A DNA stretch of 64,000 bases from an uncultured Gammaproteobacteria bacterium (GCA_964435575.1 CAYSZS010000002.1:762-64761); one strand, 5' to 3'; positions 1-8,180 are shown, numbered from the stretch's first letter. A program made the numbers and translations. The notes: generated by a model not told the origin, from the sequence alone.

Positions 1-2
1 AC

Positions 3-956
3 AGATTCTACCTCGGCGTTTTGAAATACGCCGGAGAATATTATCAAGGTTCTCATAAAACCTTTATCAGCAAAAAGCTGTTTGGTGAAGTGCAAAAGCA
101 GGTTGAGAAAATTGAACGACCAAGACAAAAAGGCCACAATTTCGCCTTTGCAGGTCTTGCGACCTGCGGCGAATGCGGCGCCGCAATCACAGCAGAGCAA
201 CACATCAAAAAATACAAAAATTGTACTAGTCAAACTTTTATTTACTATCGCTGCACTAAAAAGCTCAAGCCTTGTACGCAAAAATATGTTTCAGAGTTGG
301 AACTTGAACCACAAATAAGGAAAATTGTTCGTGATTGCGGCTTGCACGAAAACTGGGAACCATATTTTGAAAAGTGGATTACAGCAACAGAGGTAAAAGA
401 CAGACTAGCCGTCGAAGTTGAAGAAAAGCAGATAGGCGAACAAATCCAAGAATCAGAAATAAAACTAAACAGACTTCTTGATGGTTATCTCGATCAGGTT
501 ATCGAACCTGAAATTTACAAACAAAAGAAGAATGAATTGTTTGATGAAAAACTTAAGTTAGAAGAGAAAAAATCGCAGGTTGAGAAAAACGGAAGTATTT
601 GGCTCGAACCTATGAGAGAATTCGTAAATTGTGCCTTGCAGGCGCAAAAAATCGCGCGCGCTGAAAATAATTGCCATGATTTGAGAGTCATGGCAAAAAA
701 AGTCGGCTCGAACTTCTTTTTAATGAATCGGCGGCTCTCGGCGAATTTGAATTTCCCCTTTGCAGCGCTGTCTGCGGAGGCGGGCGCAGCCAGCGCTATT
801 CCTACTTCCGACTCGATTTCCTTTTTGGTGAGCCTGGAAGGACTCGAACCTTCAACCATCACCTTAAGAGGGTGTTGCTCTACCGTTGAGCTACAGGCCC
901 TAATATTTCAAAATTGTAAGCAAAGCTTGGCACTGCTGTCGCATTGTAAGAGTTAA
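3..956 (+). CDS. Large serine recombinase, C-terminal part (5' end outside window)
   Basis: Zn-ribbon pattern FAFAGLATCGECG...YYRCTK...C followed by a coiled coil (KLNRLLDGYLDQVI); frame is open from the window edge; 3' end runs antisense through tRNA-Lys. Confidence 0.85.
   Translation, partial: RFYLGVLKYAGEYYQGSHKTFISKKLFGEVQKQVEKIERPRQKGHNFAFAGLATCGECGAAITAEQHIKKYKNCTSQTFIYYRCTKKLKPCTQKYVSELELEPQIRKIVRDCGLHENWEPYFEKWITATEVKDRLAVEVEEKQIGEQIQESEIKLNRLLDGYLDQVIEPEIYKQKKNELFDEKLKLEEKKSQVEKNGSIWLEPMREFVNCALQAQKIARAENNCHDLRVMAKKVGSNFFLMNRRLSANLNFPFAALSAEAGAASAIPTSDSISFLVSLEGLEPSTITLRGCCSTVELQALIFQNCKQSLALLSHCKS
826..900 (-). tRNA. tRNA-Lys(CTT)
   Basis: Reverse complement GGGCCTG-TA-GCTC...ACACC-CTCTTAA-GGTGA...GAAGG-TTCGAGT-CCTTC-CAGGCTC-A-CCA. 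Confidence 0.95.
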
Positions 957-994
957 TTGCTCTGTTTACAGATTCAATTTTAGCAAATTTAAGG

Positions 995-2254
995 TTAATT
1001 TGCTAATACTGTAGAAAAAACTGCGATTGAAGTCTCTCCTGGTTCAATATCTGAAAATATTACTTTTGGTTCAAGTTCGATGTCCAGATTAAATTTTCTT
1101 GATCTTATTTTTTCGTTCCCGGTCCAAATGGTTTGACCTTTGTTTTTTATTAGCGCTATTCCCCCGACCATTTTTCCGTTGTTTGGAAAAATGGGAGGAA
1201 AAATGATTGACAGGACGTCAACCGAAACAATTTGTACTGGTTTTCCTTGCTTTTTGGGCAATTTTTGCATTTCATAGTAAAATTCATAAAAGCCTCCGTC
1301 CTTATTCTTCCAGGAAAATATGTCAAAAGGCGGTGTTTGATAGTTTAGGATGAAGGGCGTAACCGCAACAATCCTTTCGTCATTCCAGGCAAGTTCTAAC
1401 GCGCCCTTAAGGTTATTCGTGATCGTTTCTGTATCTTTATAACCATTTGCTTTTGCATCCATGTCGTGTGCCCAGCCGGTTTCAGTGATAAAAACAGGCA
1501 AAGTTTTGGTCAAGCCGATACTTTTAAGAAATTTTAATTCCCACTCAAATGTGAGAACTGTTCCGCGGCCTACGTCGTCTTGAGATCCTGAAAAGTTAGG
1601 GTTTGGGTATGAATGTGAGGTCCAGCCGTCAAGATTTTCAAATATTTGTGATTTATGTTCTACCATTTTTTTAAGAAATTCAGCCTCGTTCATCGTTTCT
1701 TTACTTTTTGGTGCCGAGGCGTCGAAACCGGCGGGGAGAATAAAAAAGTCCTGGTTTCGGGATTTTAATTTTTTGGATAAAGTTTCCAAATAATCGGCAT
1801 ATTCTTCAGGACTAATTTGGTTACCCCACTCTTTACTGTGATTGGGTTCGTTTCCGACAACAAGATATCTATTTTTTATGACCCAATTTAAGGAATTTAA
1901 AAAAGAAACCCAGCCGTCTATTTCGTCAAAATTGGGTTTTTCCCATCCCCCGTCAAGTTGTTTTGTTGCAATTCTGACAATTGGGATGAGGTGAAGTCTA
2001 CGCATCTTGTCAAATACTTTTTGCCATCTTTCTGTATCTCTTTCGTCGGCTCTTATGACCAAGGTTACGTATCCCCAATCTCCTTGCGAGTTAACTAAGT
2101 TAGCGGCATCCTCAAGGTCATTTTCGTCCAAAATATGAATTCCAAAGAGATTGTTAGGAGCGGCTAGGGGGTTTTCGATAGCTTTTGTTTGTTTAGGGAA
2201 AAATAGAATACTAAATATGAATGTAAGTAAAATGATTAAACTTTTTCTTAGCAT
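995..2254 (-). CDS. Secreted clan GH-A glycoside hydrolase (start moved to MLRKSL; the longer ORF overlaps tRNA-Leu)
   Basis: Signal peptide; GNEPN acid/base and ITETGW nucleophile motifs. Confidence 0.7.
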   Translation of the reverse strand: MLRKSLIILLTFIFSILFFPKQTKAIENPLAAPNNLFGIHILDENDLEDAANLVNSQGDWGYVTLVIRADERDTERWQKVFDKMRRLHLIPIVRIATKQLDGGWEKPNFDEIDGWVSFLNSLNWVIKNRYLVVGNEPNHSKEWGNQISPEEYADYLETLSKKLKSRNQDFFILPAGFDASAPKSKETMNEAEFLKKMVEHKSQIFENLDGWTSHSYPNPNFSGSQDDVGRGTVLTFEWELKFLKSIGLTKTLPVFITETGWAHDMDAKANGYKDTETITNNLKGALELAWNDERIVAVTPFILNYQTPPFDIFSWKNKDGGFYEFYYEMQKLPKKQGKPVQIVSVDVLSIIFPPIFPNNGKMVGGIALIKNKGQTIWTGNEKIRSRKFNLDIELEPKVIFSDIEPGETSIAVFSTVLAN

Positions 2255-2322
2255 ATTTAAATATTCTACATGTATTGTTCCAGCTACTAAAGATAGCTTT
2301 ATTTTGATATAATGAGCGACGC

Positions 2323-2407
2323 GCTGAGATGCTGGAATTGGCAGACAGGCACGCTTCAGAAGCGTGTGCTCATTACGAGCGTGAGGGTTCAAATCCCTCT
2401 CTCAGCA
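2323..2407 (+). tRNA. tRNA-Leu(CAG)
   Basis: GCTGAGA/TCTCAGC acceptor, CACGC-TTCAGAA-GCGTG anticodon arm, long variable arm, TTCAAAT T-loop. Confidence 0.95.
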
Positions 2408-2411
2408 CAAT

Positions 2412-2493
2412 GCGGGAGTGCTGAAATTGGTATACAGGCATGCTTGAGGTGCATGTGTCGCAAGACGTGGAGGTTCAAGTCCTCTCTCCCGCA
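2412..2493 (+). tRNA. tRNA-Leu(GAG)
   Basis: GCGGGAG/CTCCCGC acceptor, CATGC-TTGAGGT-GCATG, long variable arm. Confidence 0.95.
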
Positions 2494-2532
2494 CACATGA
2501 CAAAGATGATATAAGTTGATACAGTATAGATT

Positions 2533-2877
2533 ATGAAGAAGATAAAAGTATCAACAATCAAAGAAGCGCAGAAGTTAGTTAAAAAGTTTACAAAAGATAA
2601 TGGGTGGGAAGATTTTCCAAACATTGACAAGTTTGACCACTTACACGAAGAACTTATAGAAATGTCGCAACATCTTAGGTACAAATCTCAAGATGATAGA
2701 ATTAAGTGTATTCGAGATAAAAGAGTGATATTTAAAGACGGAATTGGTGATTTGTTTTTCGGCTTATGTAGGTTGGCAAACCAGTTAGAAGTGGATATTG
2801 AAGAAGCGTTTAACTTCGTCAAAGACCCAATTCTGACAAAATATAAACAGAAAAAATCAGAAAACAATAGGCTCTAA
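2533..2877 (+). CDS. MazG-like nucleotide pyrophosphohydrolase
   Basis: All-alpha NTP-PPase pattern HLHEELIEM...DGIGDLFFGLCRLANQLEVDIEEAF. Confidence 0.75.
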   Translation: MKKIKVSTIKEAQKLVKKFTKDNGWEDFPNIDKFDHLHEELIEMSQHLRYKSQDDRIKCIRDKRVIFKDGIGDLFFGLCRLANQLEVDIEEAFNFVKDPILTKYKQKKSENNRL

Positions 2878-3063
2878 GTCGTAAAAACGGGATATTAGAA
2901 TCAACACTTGTTCAGCTAGAAGTCTAACCACTACGGTTGGTTTCAGAAAAAGGATATAGAAATTAATAATCAAACTGATTATTAAAATTAGGATAAGCAA
3001 AGATAAGAGCCTGGAAATTCCTGAGGATTGGTTCAATCTTAGGAAACTTCCTCGCACAGGAAA

Positions 3064-3137
3064 GGTCGCTTGGCTCAGTTGGTTAGAGCGTCTCGTTTAC
3101 ATCGAGAAGGTCGGGGGTTCGAATCCCTCAGCGACCA
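3064..3137 (+). tRNA. tRNA-Val(TAC)
   Basis: GGTCGCT/AGCGACC acceptor, TCTCG-TTTACAT-CGAGA. Confidence 0.95.
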
Positions 3138-3138
3138 C

Positions 3139-3233
3139 TCGTCGAAGCTCATCTTAAGCGCTACGTTTTCAATTAAATGAAAACTACGCTTTTTTCAGAT
3201 GGCTTCTCCTCTCAAAATCTCTTTGAGATTTTG
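3139..3233 (-). repeat. tRNA-end-associated two-hairpin element, copy 1
   Basis: Reverse complement: CAAAATCTC-AAA-GAGATTTTG-AGAGGA-GAAGCCATC...GATGAGCTTC-GACGA; abuts the tRNA-Val 3' end. Confidence 0.7.
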
Positions 3234-3246
3234 TATAATACAACAA

Positions 3247-3337
3247 CAATATTACGAAGTAATTTTGAAAGGAGAAATGGCGGAGTGTTAAGGGGTAAGC
3301 GAAAACGGATTACTATAAACGAAGTCCATTTCGACGG
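3247..3337 (+). repeat. tRNA-end-associated two-hairpin element, copy 2
   Basis: CAATATTAC-GAA-GTAATTTTG-AAAGGA-GAAATGG...CCATTTC-GACGG; abuts a tRNA-Phe-like 5' remnant. Confidence 0.7.
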
Positions 3338-3359
3338 ACCGAGGTAGCCAGGATGGTTG
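3338..3359 (+). pseudogene. Degenerate tRNA-Phe 5' remnant
   Basis: ACCGAGGTAGCCAGGATGGTTG vs GCCGAGATAGCCAAGGTGGTTG at 4001 (18/22). Confidence 0.5.
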
Positions 3360-3409
3360 GTCCAAAGCTTATATTAAGTTAAGATAGAATTTAATTACCC
3401 CCTACAAGA

Positions 3410-3919
3410 TTACTTAGCTTTAAATCTAGCAGAAGCCCATAAAAATGGAATAGTATGAGCTAAGTTAAAAAAAAGATTTTCTTGTTTCATCTGAAAGGTC
3501 AAAACTCCCAAGCCGATCGTGGTCAAGGCAAACACATGTAGCTCTGATATTTTCTTACCACTTATTGGGAAATCTATTGCTATAGTGAAAGAAAAAATTA
3601 CAGTATAAAGTAGAAATATTACCTCAAAGATAAGTATTATTAAATCAAAAATTTCAGTCGGTGAAGAATAAATACCCGATATGAGCAAAACAAATAAAGG
3701 GATTAAAAAATATAATGGTGGCAATAGGAACAGCTTTTTAATTCTTTCCAGTTTTGTTCCTTCTTTTAGCAAGTTTGCCGCTATTTCAAGTCCGATTACT
3801 GGGAAAAAGATATCTAACGGTCTCAATATGTTTTGTGCATCGGTAAAATTGAGTTTTTCGACAGGAATTAAGCTATAGAAGAGAAATCTTCCTATGAAGA
3901 ATAAACCTACATAATTCAT
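3410..3919 (-). CDS. Hypothetical multi-pass membrane protein
   Basis: 169 aa, mostly hydrophobic helices, AT-rich. Confidence 0.65.
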   Translation of the reverse strand: MNYVGLFFIGRFLFYSLIPVEKLNFTDAQNILRPLDIFFPVIGLEIAANLLKEGTKLERIKKLFLLPPLYFLIPLFVLLISGIYSSPTEIFDLIILIFEVIFLLYTVIFSFTIAIDFPISGKKISELHVFALTTIGLGVLTFQMKQENLFFNLAHTIPFLWASARFKAK

Positions 3920-4000
3920 TTCTTAACATTACCACTACTCTGGTAAGTTTGCTATAATATGCCCTAAGATAAGATTTCCTTTTTGGGGATTAATTTCCTT

Positions 4001-4020
4001 GCCGAGATAGCCAAGGTGGT
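4001..4020 (+). pseudogene. tRNA-Phe 5' remnant (20 nt)
   Basis: GCCGAGATAGCCAAGGTGGT, 19/20 identical to 4271-4290. Confidence 0.7.
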
Positions 4021-4062
4021 TGTCTCACAAATATTGTTGAGGTTGAACGGAGGTGATAATTA

Positions 4063-4260
4063 ATGGAAAGAGTACCAGGTGATAAAGGTCATAGAACAAC
4101 AGAGGGTTCTCGAGACGATATTGTGCAAAAAGTTTTAGATATTGCACGAGGTATGCCAGGAGACCCATTAGTGAGTAGTGAATTTGATGAAAACGATAAG
4201 CCTTTAGCTGTAATAGAATTTGAACAACAATCTGAAAAAGAAGCAACTACTAGTGAATAA
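4063..4260 (+). CDS. Small acidic hypothetical protein
   Basis: GGAGGTGA SD upstream; ORF fills the gap between two tRNA-Phe remnants. Confidence 0.6.
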   Translation: MERVPGDKGHRTTEGSRDDIVQKVLDIARGMPGDPLVSSEFDENDKPLAVIEFEQQSEKEATTSE

Positions 4261-4270
4261 GTATTTTTAA

Positions 4271-4310
4271 GCTGAGATAGCCAAGGTGGTCACGGCGGGC
4301 GCCTGAAGAA
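4271..4310 (+). pseudogene. tRNA-Phe 5' half, truncated just after the anticodon loop
   Basis: 35/40 identical to 4767-4806, including CTGAAGAA; no T-arm follows. Confidence 0.85.
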
Positions 4311-4347
4311 CAATTACAATTTATCAGGCAACATGTAAACTTAACGT

Positions 4348-4776
4348 GTGAAGATATGCTCTAAATGTAAAAAGAAAAAAGTTTTATTTCAGTTTTACAA
4401 GAGAAAAACAGGTCTGAGAGCTGGAAAGTATTATGAGAAGTGTAAATCCTGCATGAAAGTCAGGGGTAGAAAGTATTATACAGAGAATAGAGATAGGCAG
4501 TTGCCTTTAGCAAATATTAGACGACGGAGGTACTATAGAGAGAAACGCGATTTCATAATAAATGCCAAGAACAGGCCATGCGCAGACTGCGGAAATAAAC
4601 TTCCAAGTTATGTGATGGATTTTGATCATCGTGATGGGGGTGATAAGATCGTTGATATAGCTCGTGCTGTTACGGCGAATTGGTCTCTAAATAAAATTAA
4701 AGCAGAAATTGAAAAATGTGATATTGTTTGTGCTAATTGTCATAGAATGAGAACTTACGAGTATATGCTGCGGTAG
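4348..4776 (+). CDS. HNH endonuclease with N-terminal Zn finger (phage-like homing type)
   Basis: KICSKC...CKSC; CADCG...MDFDH...KCDIVCANCHRMRT; last codons and stop lie inside the tRNA-Phe 5' end. Confidence 0.85.
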   Translation: MKICSKCKKKKVLFQFYKRKTGLRAGKYYEKCKSCMKVRGRKYYTENRDRQLPLANIRRRRYYREKRDFIINAKNRPCADCGNKLPSYVMDFDHRDGGDKIVDIARAVTANWSLNKIKAEIEKCDIVCANCHRMRTYEYMLR

Positions 4777-4839
4777 CCAAGGTGGTCACGGCGGGTCTCT
4801 GAAGAAGATCAGATTCTGGTTCGATTCCAGACCGCAGCA
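4767..4839 (+). tRNA. tRNA-Phe(GAA)
   Basis: GCTGCGG/CCGCAGC acceptor, GGTCT-CTGAAGA-AGATC, TCTGG-TTCGATT-CCAGA. Confidence 0.92.
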
Positions 4840-4859
4840 CACTTGAAAGGCAGGTTTCT

Positions 4860-4931
4860 GCGGGAGTAGTACAGTGGTAGTACGCTTCCTTGCCAAGGAA
4901 GAGGTCGCGGGTTCAAATCCCGTCTCCCGCT
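4860..4931 (+). tRNA. tRNA-Gly(GCC)
   Basis: GCGGGAG/CTCCCGC acceptor, CTTCC-TTGCCAA-GGAAG. Confidence 0.95.
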
Positions 4932-4936
4932 CAGAA

Positions 4937-5974
4937 TTAAGAAGGAATCGGAAGCCTTTCTTTGCCCTTTGCATCACGAACGGTATTGATAAGAAGCCTT
5001 CGGAGAATTTCCTGAAAAGAAATGCCGTATAAATCCAGAATATAAGCCAAGGCGCAATCCGTTTCCTTCGGACCGAATGCGGGGTTGGTGTTGGAATCGA
5101 TAAAAAAATATCTGCCCGACGAGTCCATCCTGATGTCAAACTTCCCGTAGTCCATCATTTTGGTTATATCGAATGCCTTTCTGACATAAGCCCTTAAAAG
5201 AGGTTCGTCGTATTTTTGATAATGTATGTTTGTCAGTTTTTTACTTAACCACTGATCCTCAAATGTCATAAATATATATTTTCTGTCCGCTCCCTCAAAC
5301 ACTTTCTCGGCCAAATAAACTTTTTTATTTAATCCCTCCAAAAGTATAGCCGTAAACTCTCTGCCAACTATAAATTCTTCAACCAAAACGGGTTGTTTAT
5401 AAGTTTGAATCAAAAACTTTATTCTTTCTCTCAGATGTCTTTCGTTTTCGGATATAGCGTCTTGAGTTATTTCCACCGCGCCGTGAATTTCATTCAGCTT
5501 TGAAATTAAAGGATAACGAAGCGTAGGGTCAAGAAAATCGGACGAAGAATTAAAAAGCTGATAATTAGGCACGGGAACTCCATTTTGTTGAAGCAGTTTT
5601 TTTATGACAAATTTATTGGTGTCCAGGGACATTCCCAAAATATCCGCACCAGTGTAAGGAATTTCGAGAAGTTCCAAAACTCCCGGGATGGATGAGGACA
5701 AATATTCATAGCCCTTGACGGAATCGACAAGATTTATTACCGCGTTAGGCTTATCTTTTTTTAGTTTTTGGGGAAGACCGGAATTTCCGGGATATAAAAT
5801 TGGTTTAATCTTCAGTTTTTCTAAATATTTAGATATAACTCTCGCGTCTTTATCGGCGCCTTTTTCGGTAATGAACTGCATCTCTGTCGGGAAATACTCC
5901 CTTTTGACGTCACTATAGATAATGCCTACTTTTTCGGGTATTTCGTAGCCATTTTTTCCATTCGCTATTTGCAT
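4937..5974 (-). CDS. D-Ala-D-Ala ligase-like ATP-grasp protein
   Basis: LELLEIPYTGAD, VLVEEFIVGREFT, GKFDIRMD...FIDSNTNP. Confidence 0.8.
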   Translation of the reverse strand: MQIANGKNGYEIPEKVGIIYSDVKREYFPTEMQFITEKGADKDARVISKYLEKLKIKPILYPGNSGLPQKLKKDKPNAVINLVDSVKGYEYLSSSIPGVLELLEIPYTGADILGMSLDTNKFVIKKLLQQNGVPVPNYQLFNSSSDFLDPTLRYPLISKLNEIHGAVEITQDAISENERHLRERIKFLIQTYKQPVLVEEFIVGREFTAILLEGLNKKVYLAEKVFEGADRKYIFMTFEDQWLSKKLTNIHYQKYDEPLLRAYVRKAFDITKMMDYGKFDIRMDSSGRYFFIDSNTNPAFGPKETDCALAYILDLYGISFQEILRRLLINTVRDAKGKERLPIPS

Positions 5975-6068
5975 ATTAATACGCTTAAAAATATCGATTA
6001 TTTAGATGTACTTGTCAACTACGAAATGAAAAGTTAATAAATTTTTGATAAAATACAGAGATATTATT

Positions 6069-6143
6069 GCCCCTGTAGCTCAATGGATAGAGCGGCTCCC
6101 TTCTAAGGAGTAGATGAGAGTTCGATTCCCTCCAGGGGCACCA
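6069..6143 (+). tRNA. tRNA-Arg(TCT)
   Basis: GCCCCTG/CAGGGGC acceptor, GCTCC-CTTCTAA-GGAGT, encoded CCA. Confidence 0.93.
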
Positions 6144-6153
6144 TTTGTGCAAG

Positions 6154-7299
6154 CTAAATAAACCTAACTTGCATGCCTTCGGCTAGCTTAGTCGAAAGTG
6201 AAACCTCTTGACCTGGAAATTTTGAACCCGCCCCCCAAATTTTTGCCTTTATTTTTTCTTTAACAAAATCTTCCCCTAATTTCTCCCCAACGTCGTACAA
6301 TGTAGAACCCACTTTCATTATAATCGGGTTATCAAAATCAGGGTCTTCGTCCGGTCGTACCAGATAGCCCCTCAAGAAATTAAGTGATAGCCACATTTTT
6401 TCTTTCAACTCGGTAAGACCGGTTCCTTTTTCAGCGCTGATAAATAGTGGAGTAACGGTTGCAGCCTCAAATACACCCGGCGGCCTGCCTGTCGGAAAGG
6501 CAGGGTGGATTAGCTTGGCACCCGTTACTTTGTTGTTTAAGTCAGCTTTATTAATAATAGAAATTGAGGGTACGTATACGCGGTTTAGAGAAAAAGCGTC
6601 AATTAGCCTTTCTATTGTCAGCTTTTCATTGATGGTTATTTCGGCGTTTTTAATTCCCAACTCTTGTGCAATAGATTTAATAGTTTCTTTAGTAAGGTCT
6701 TGCTTGATGTTTGAATGGAGAGTTAATCCTCCTGAAACTTTCTTGTCTATAATTACATTTGGTCGCACAATGTTGAGGCGTATGCCGTTTTCCTCCAAAG
6801 TTTTTTTAATTCTTTCAGTTGCTTCAGGGCGGTCAACATCGGTCATAAGTATTATTAAGTCTGCCCCCCGAGCTACCGATAAAACTTCCCTACCTCTCCC
6901 CCTCCCTTCTTCAGCCCCCTCGATAAGCCCAGGAACATCAAGTATCTGAATTCGAGCGTTTTTGTAAATCATCATTCCGGGAATAACGTTTACCGTCGTA
7001 AAAGCGTAGGGAGCAACCTTGCTTTGGGCGTTTGTCAATTTGTTAATAAGAGTTGATTTTCCCGCTGAGGGGGGGCCGATTAAGATTACGGCTGCATCAC
7101 CTTGTTTTTTAACGGCGTATCCGCCTCCGCCACCCTTTTTTACAGACTCAACCCGAAGACCGTCTTTTAGCTTTGCAAGCTTTGCGCGAAGCCTGCCAAT
7201 ATGGTGCTCTGTGCCTTTGTGATAGGGAGTATCACGAATCTCTTTCTCGATCCGCTTGATATTCATATGAGTATTTTCGGAATTGGTTAAGTGCACCAT
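6154..7299 (-). CDS. DRG/Rbg1-family OBG GTPase with TGS domain
   Basis: HKGTEHHIGRLRAKLAKL, GPPSAGKST, YAFTT, DVPGLIEGA, NKAD, C-terminal TGS-like region. Confidence 0.88.
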   Translation of the reverse strand: MVHLTNSENTHMNIKRIEKEIRDTPYHKGTEHHIGRLRAKLAKLKDGLRVESVKKGGGGGYAVKKQGDAAVILIGPPSAGKSTLINKLTNAQSKVAPYAFTTVNVIPGMMIYKNARIQILDVPGLIEGAEEGRGRGREVLSVARGADLIILMTDVDRPEATERIKKTLEENGIRLNIVRPNVIIDKKVSGGLTLHSNIKQDLTKETIKSIAQELGIKNAEITINEKLTIERLIDAFSLNRVYVPSISIINKADLNNKVTGAKLIHPAFPTGRPPGVFEAATVTPLFISAEKGTGLTELKEKMWLSLNFLRGYLVRPDEDPDFDNPIIMKVGSTLYDVGEKLGEDFVKEKIKAKIWGAGSKFPGQEVSLSTKLAEGMQVRFI

Positions 7300-7362
7300 G
7301 TTTGGAATTATATCAAAGAAGACTTCCTCCCACTCAAAGTTAGAAGCTAAATAAGCTTTTGG

Positions 7363-7746
7363 TTATTTTCTCTTATCCATGTACTGCCAAGCTTTGTATT
7401 GGACAAAATTAGCAATAACTGCAATTCCGGCAACGTACAGATAGCTTGCAATGCCGACACCGGTTATAAAGGCAAATCTGGCAATTAACCAAACAGTTGC
7501 AAAATTCATGACCAAATATGCCAGCATCATTGGCACGTTTTCTTTATACGGATACTCCAAGTCTTTTAAGAAAGCTTCGGTATGCCATAGCACTAAGTTC
7601 CAGATAAACCCGCTAAAGACGATTGCCTGATATGGCGCAAAGATGCTATTTCCGATGCTAACTGCGTTGGGTAAAAAAAGATTTGCCAAGTACAAAATTG
7701 CCGAGTTAATTAGCCAGAAACCTAAAAATTTCTGATAGCGTTTCAT
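7363..7746 (-). CDS. 4-TM membrane protein (start at MKRYQK after an SD)
   Basis: Four hydrophobic segments; GGAGGGGGTGA SD upstream. Confidence 0.7.
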   Translation of the reverse strand: MKRYQKFLGFWLINSAILYLANLFLPNAVSIGNSIFAPYQAIVFSGFIWNLVLWHTEAFLKDLEYPYKENVPMMLAYLVMNFATVWLIARFAFITGVGIASYLYVAGIAVIANFVQYKAWQYMDKRK

Positions 7747-7861
7747 ATTCTCACCCCCTCCTATGGGATAGCTCACTTAGGAGTATCTAATGGGACCATG
7801 TTGGATAGCTTCGCCTACAACGCAAAGCGGTGCCAAGCTATGCTTATCCAACTGTGACCCT
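7747..7861 (-). promoter_or_regulatory. Putative structured 5' leader RNA, copy A
   Basis: Shares sequence and covarying stems with 48011-48116 and ends at the SD. Confidence 0.55.
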
Positions 7862-7942
7862 TACTTCTTTGCCAAAACTTATCTAAATTCAGTATAATAT
7901 AATTCAAGAGTTGAAAAAATAAGCAATACTGATGAGAAAATT

Positions 7943-8014
7943 GCCTCTGTAGCTCAACGGATAGAGCACCTGTCTTCGGAACAGGGAATGAGGGTTCGAT
8001 TCCCCCCAGAGGCA
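7943..8014 (+). tRNA. tRNA-Arg(TCG)
   Basis: GCCTCTG/CAGAGGC acceptor, CCTGT-CTTCGGA-ACAGG. Confidence 0.93.
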
Positions 8015-8180
8015 CTGAAGGCAATTTTCGAATTTACTTAGATCCAGACAATAATACTGCAGAGGAAGGTAAGCCGGCACCCAAACATACTCCTAGTCCC
8101 GATTTTTTATATAATTCAAGAAATTAATCTCTCTTTTAGTTATTGACATAAGTTACCTGTAATGTGTTATATAACATAAA

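Noticed and set aside
2857-3057. 66-aa hydrophobic ORF
   Set aside because: GTG start next to a tRNA, overlaps the MazG-like stop and has no family motif; possibly a remnant but unsupported
3271-3290. GGAGAAATGGCGGAGTG resembling a tRNA-Ser 5' end
   Set aside because: No anticodon or T arm follows; it is explained as part of the two-hairpin element
4271-4839. Group I intron or split tRNA-Phe with an intron-encoded HNH
   Set aside because: The downstream copy is a complete tRNA with its own 5' half, the upstream acceptor strand mismatches the 3' strand at two positions, and there is no room for a ribozyme core
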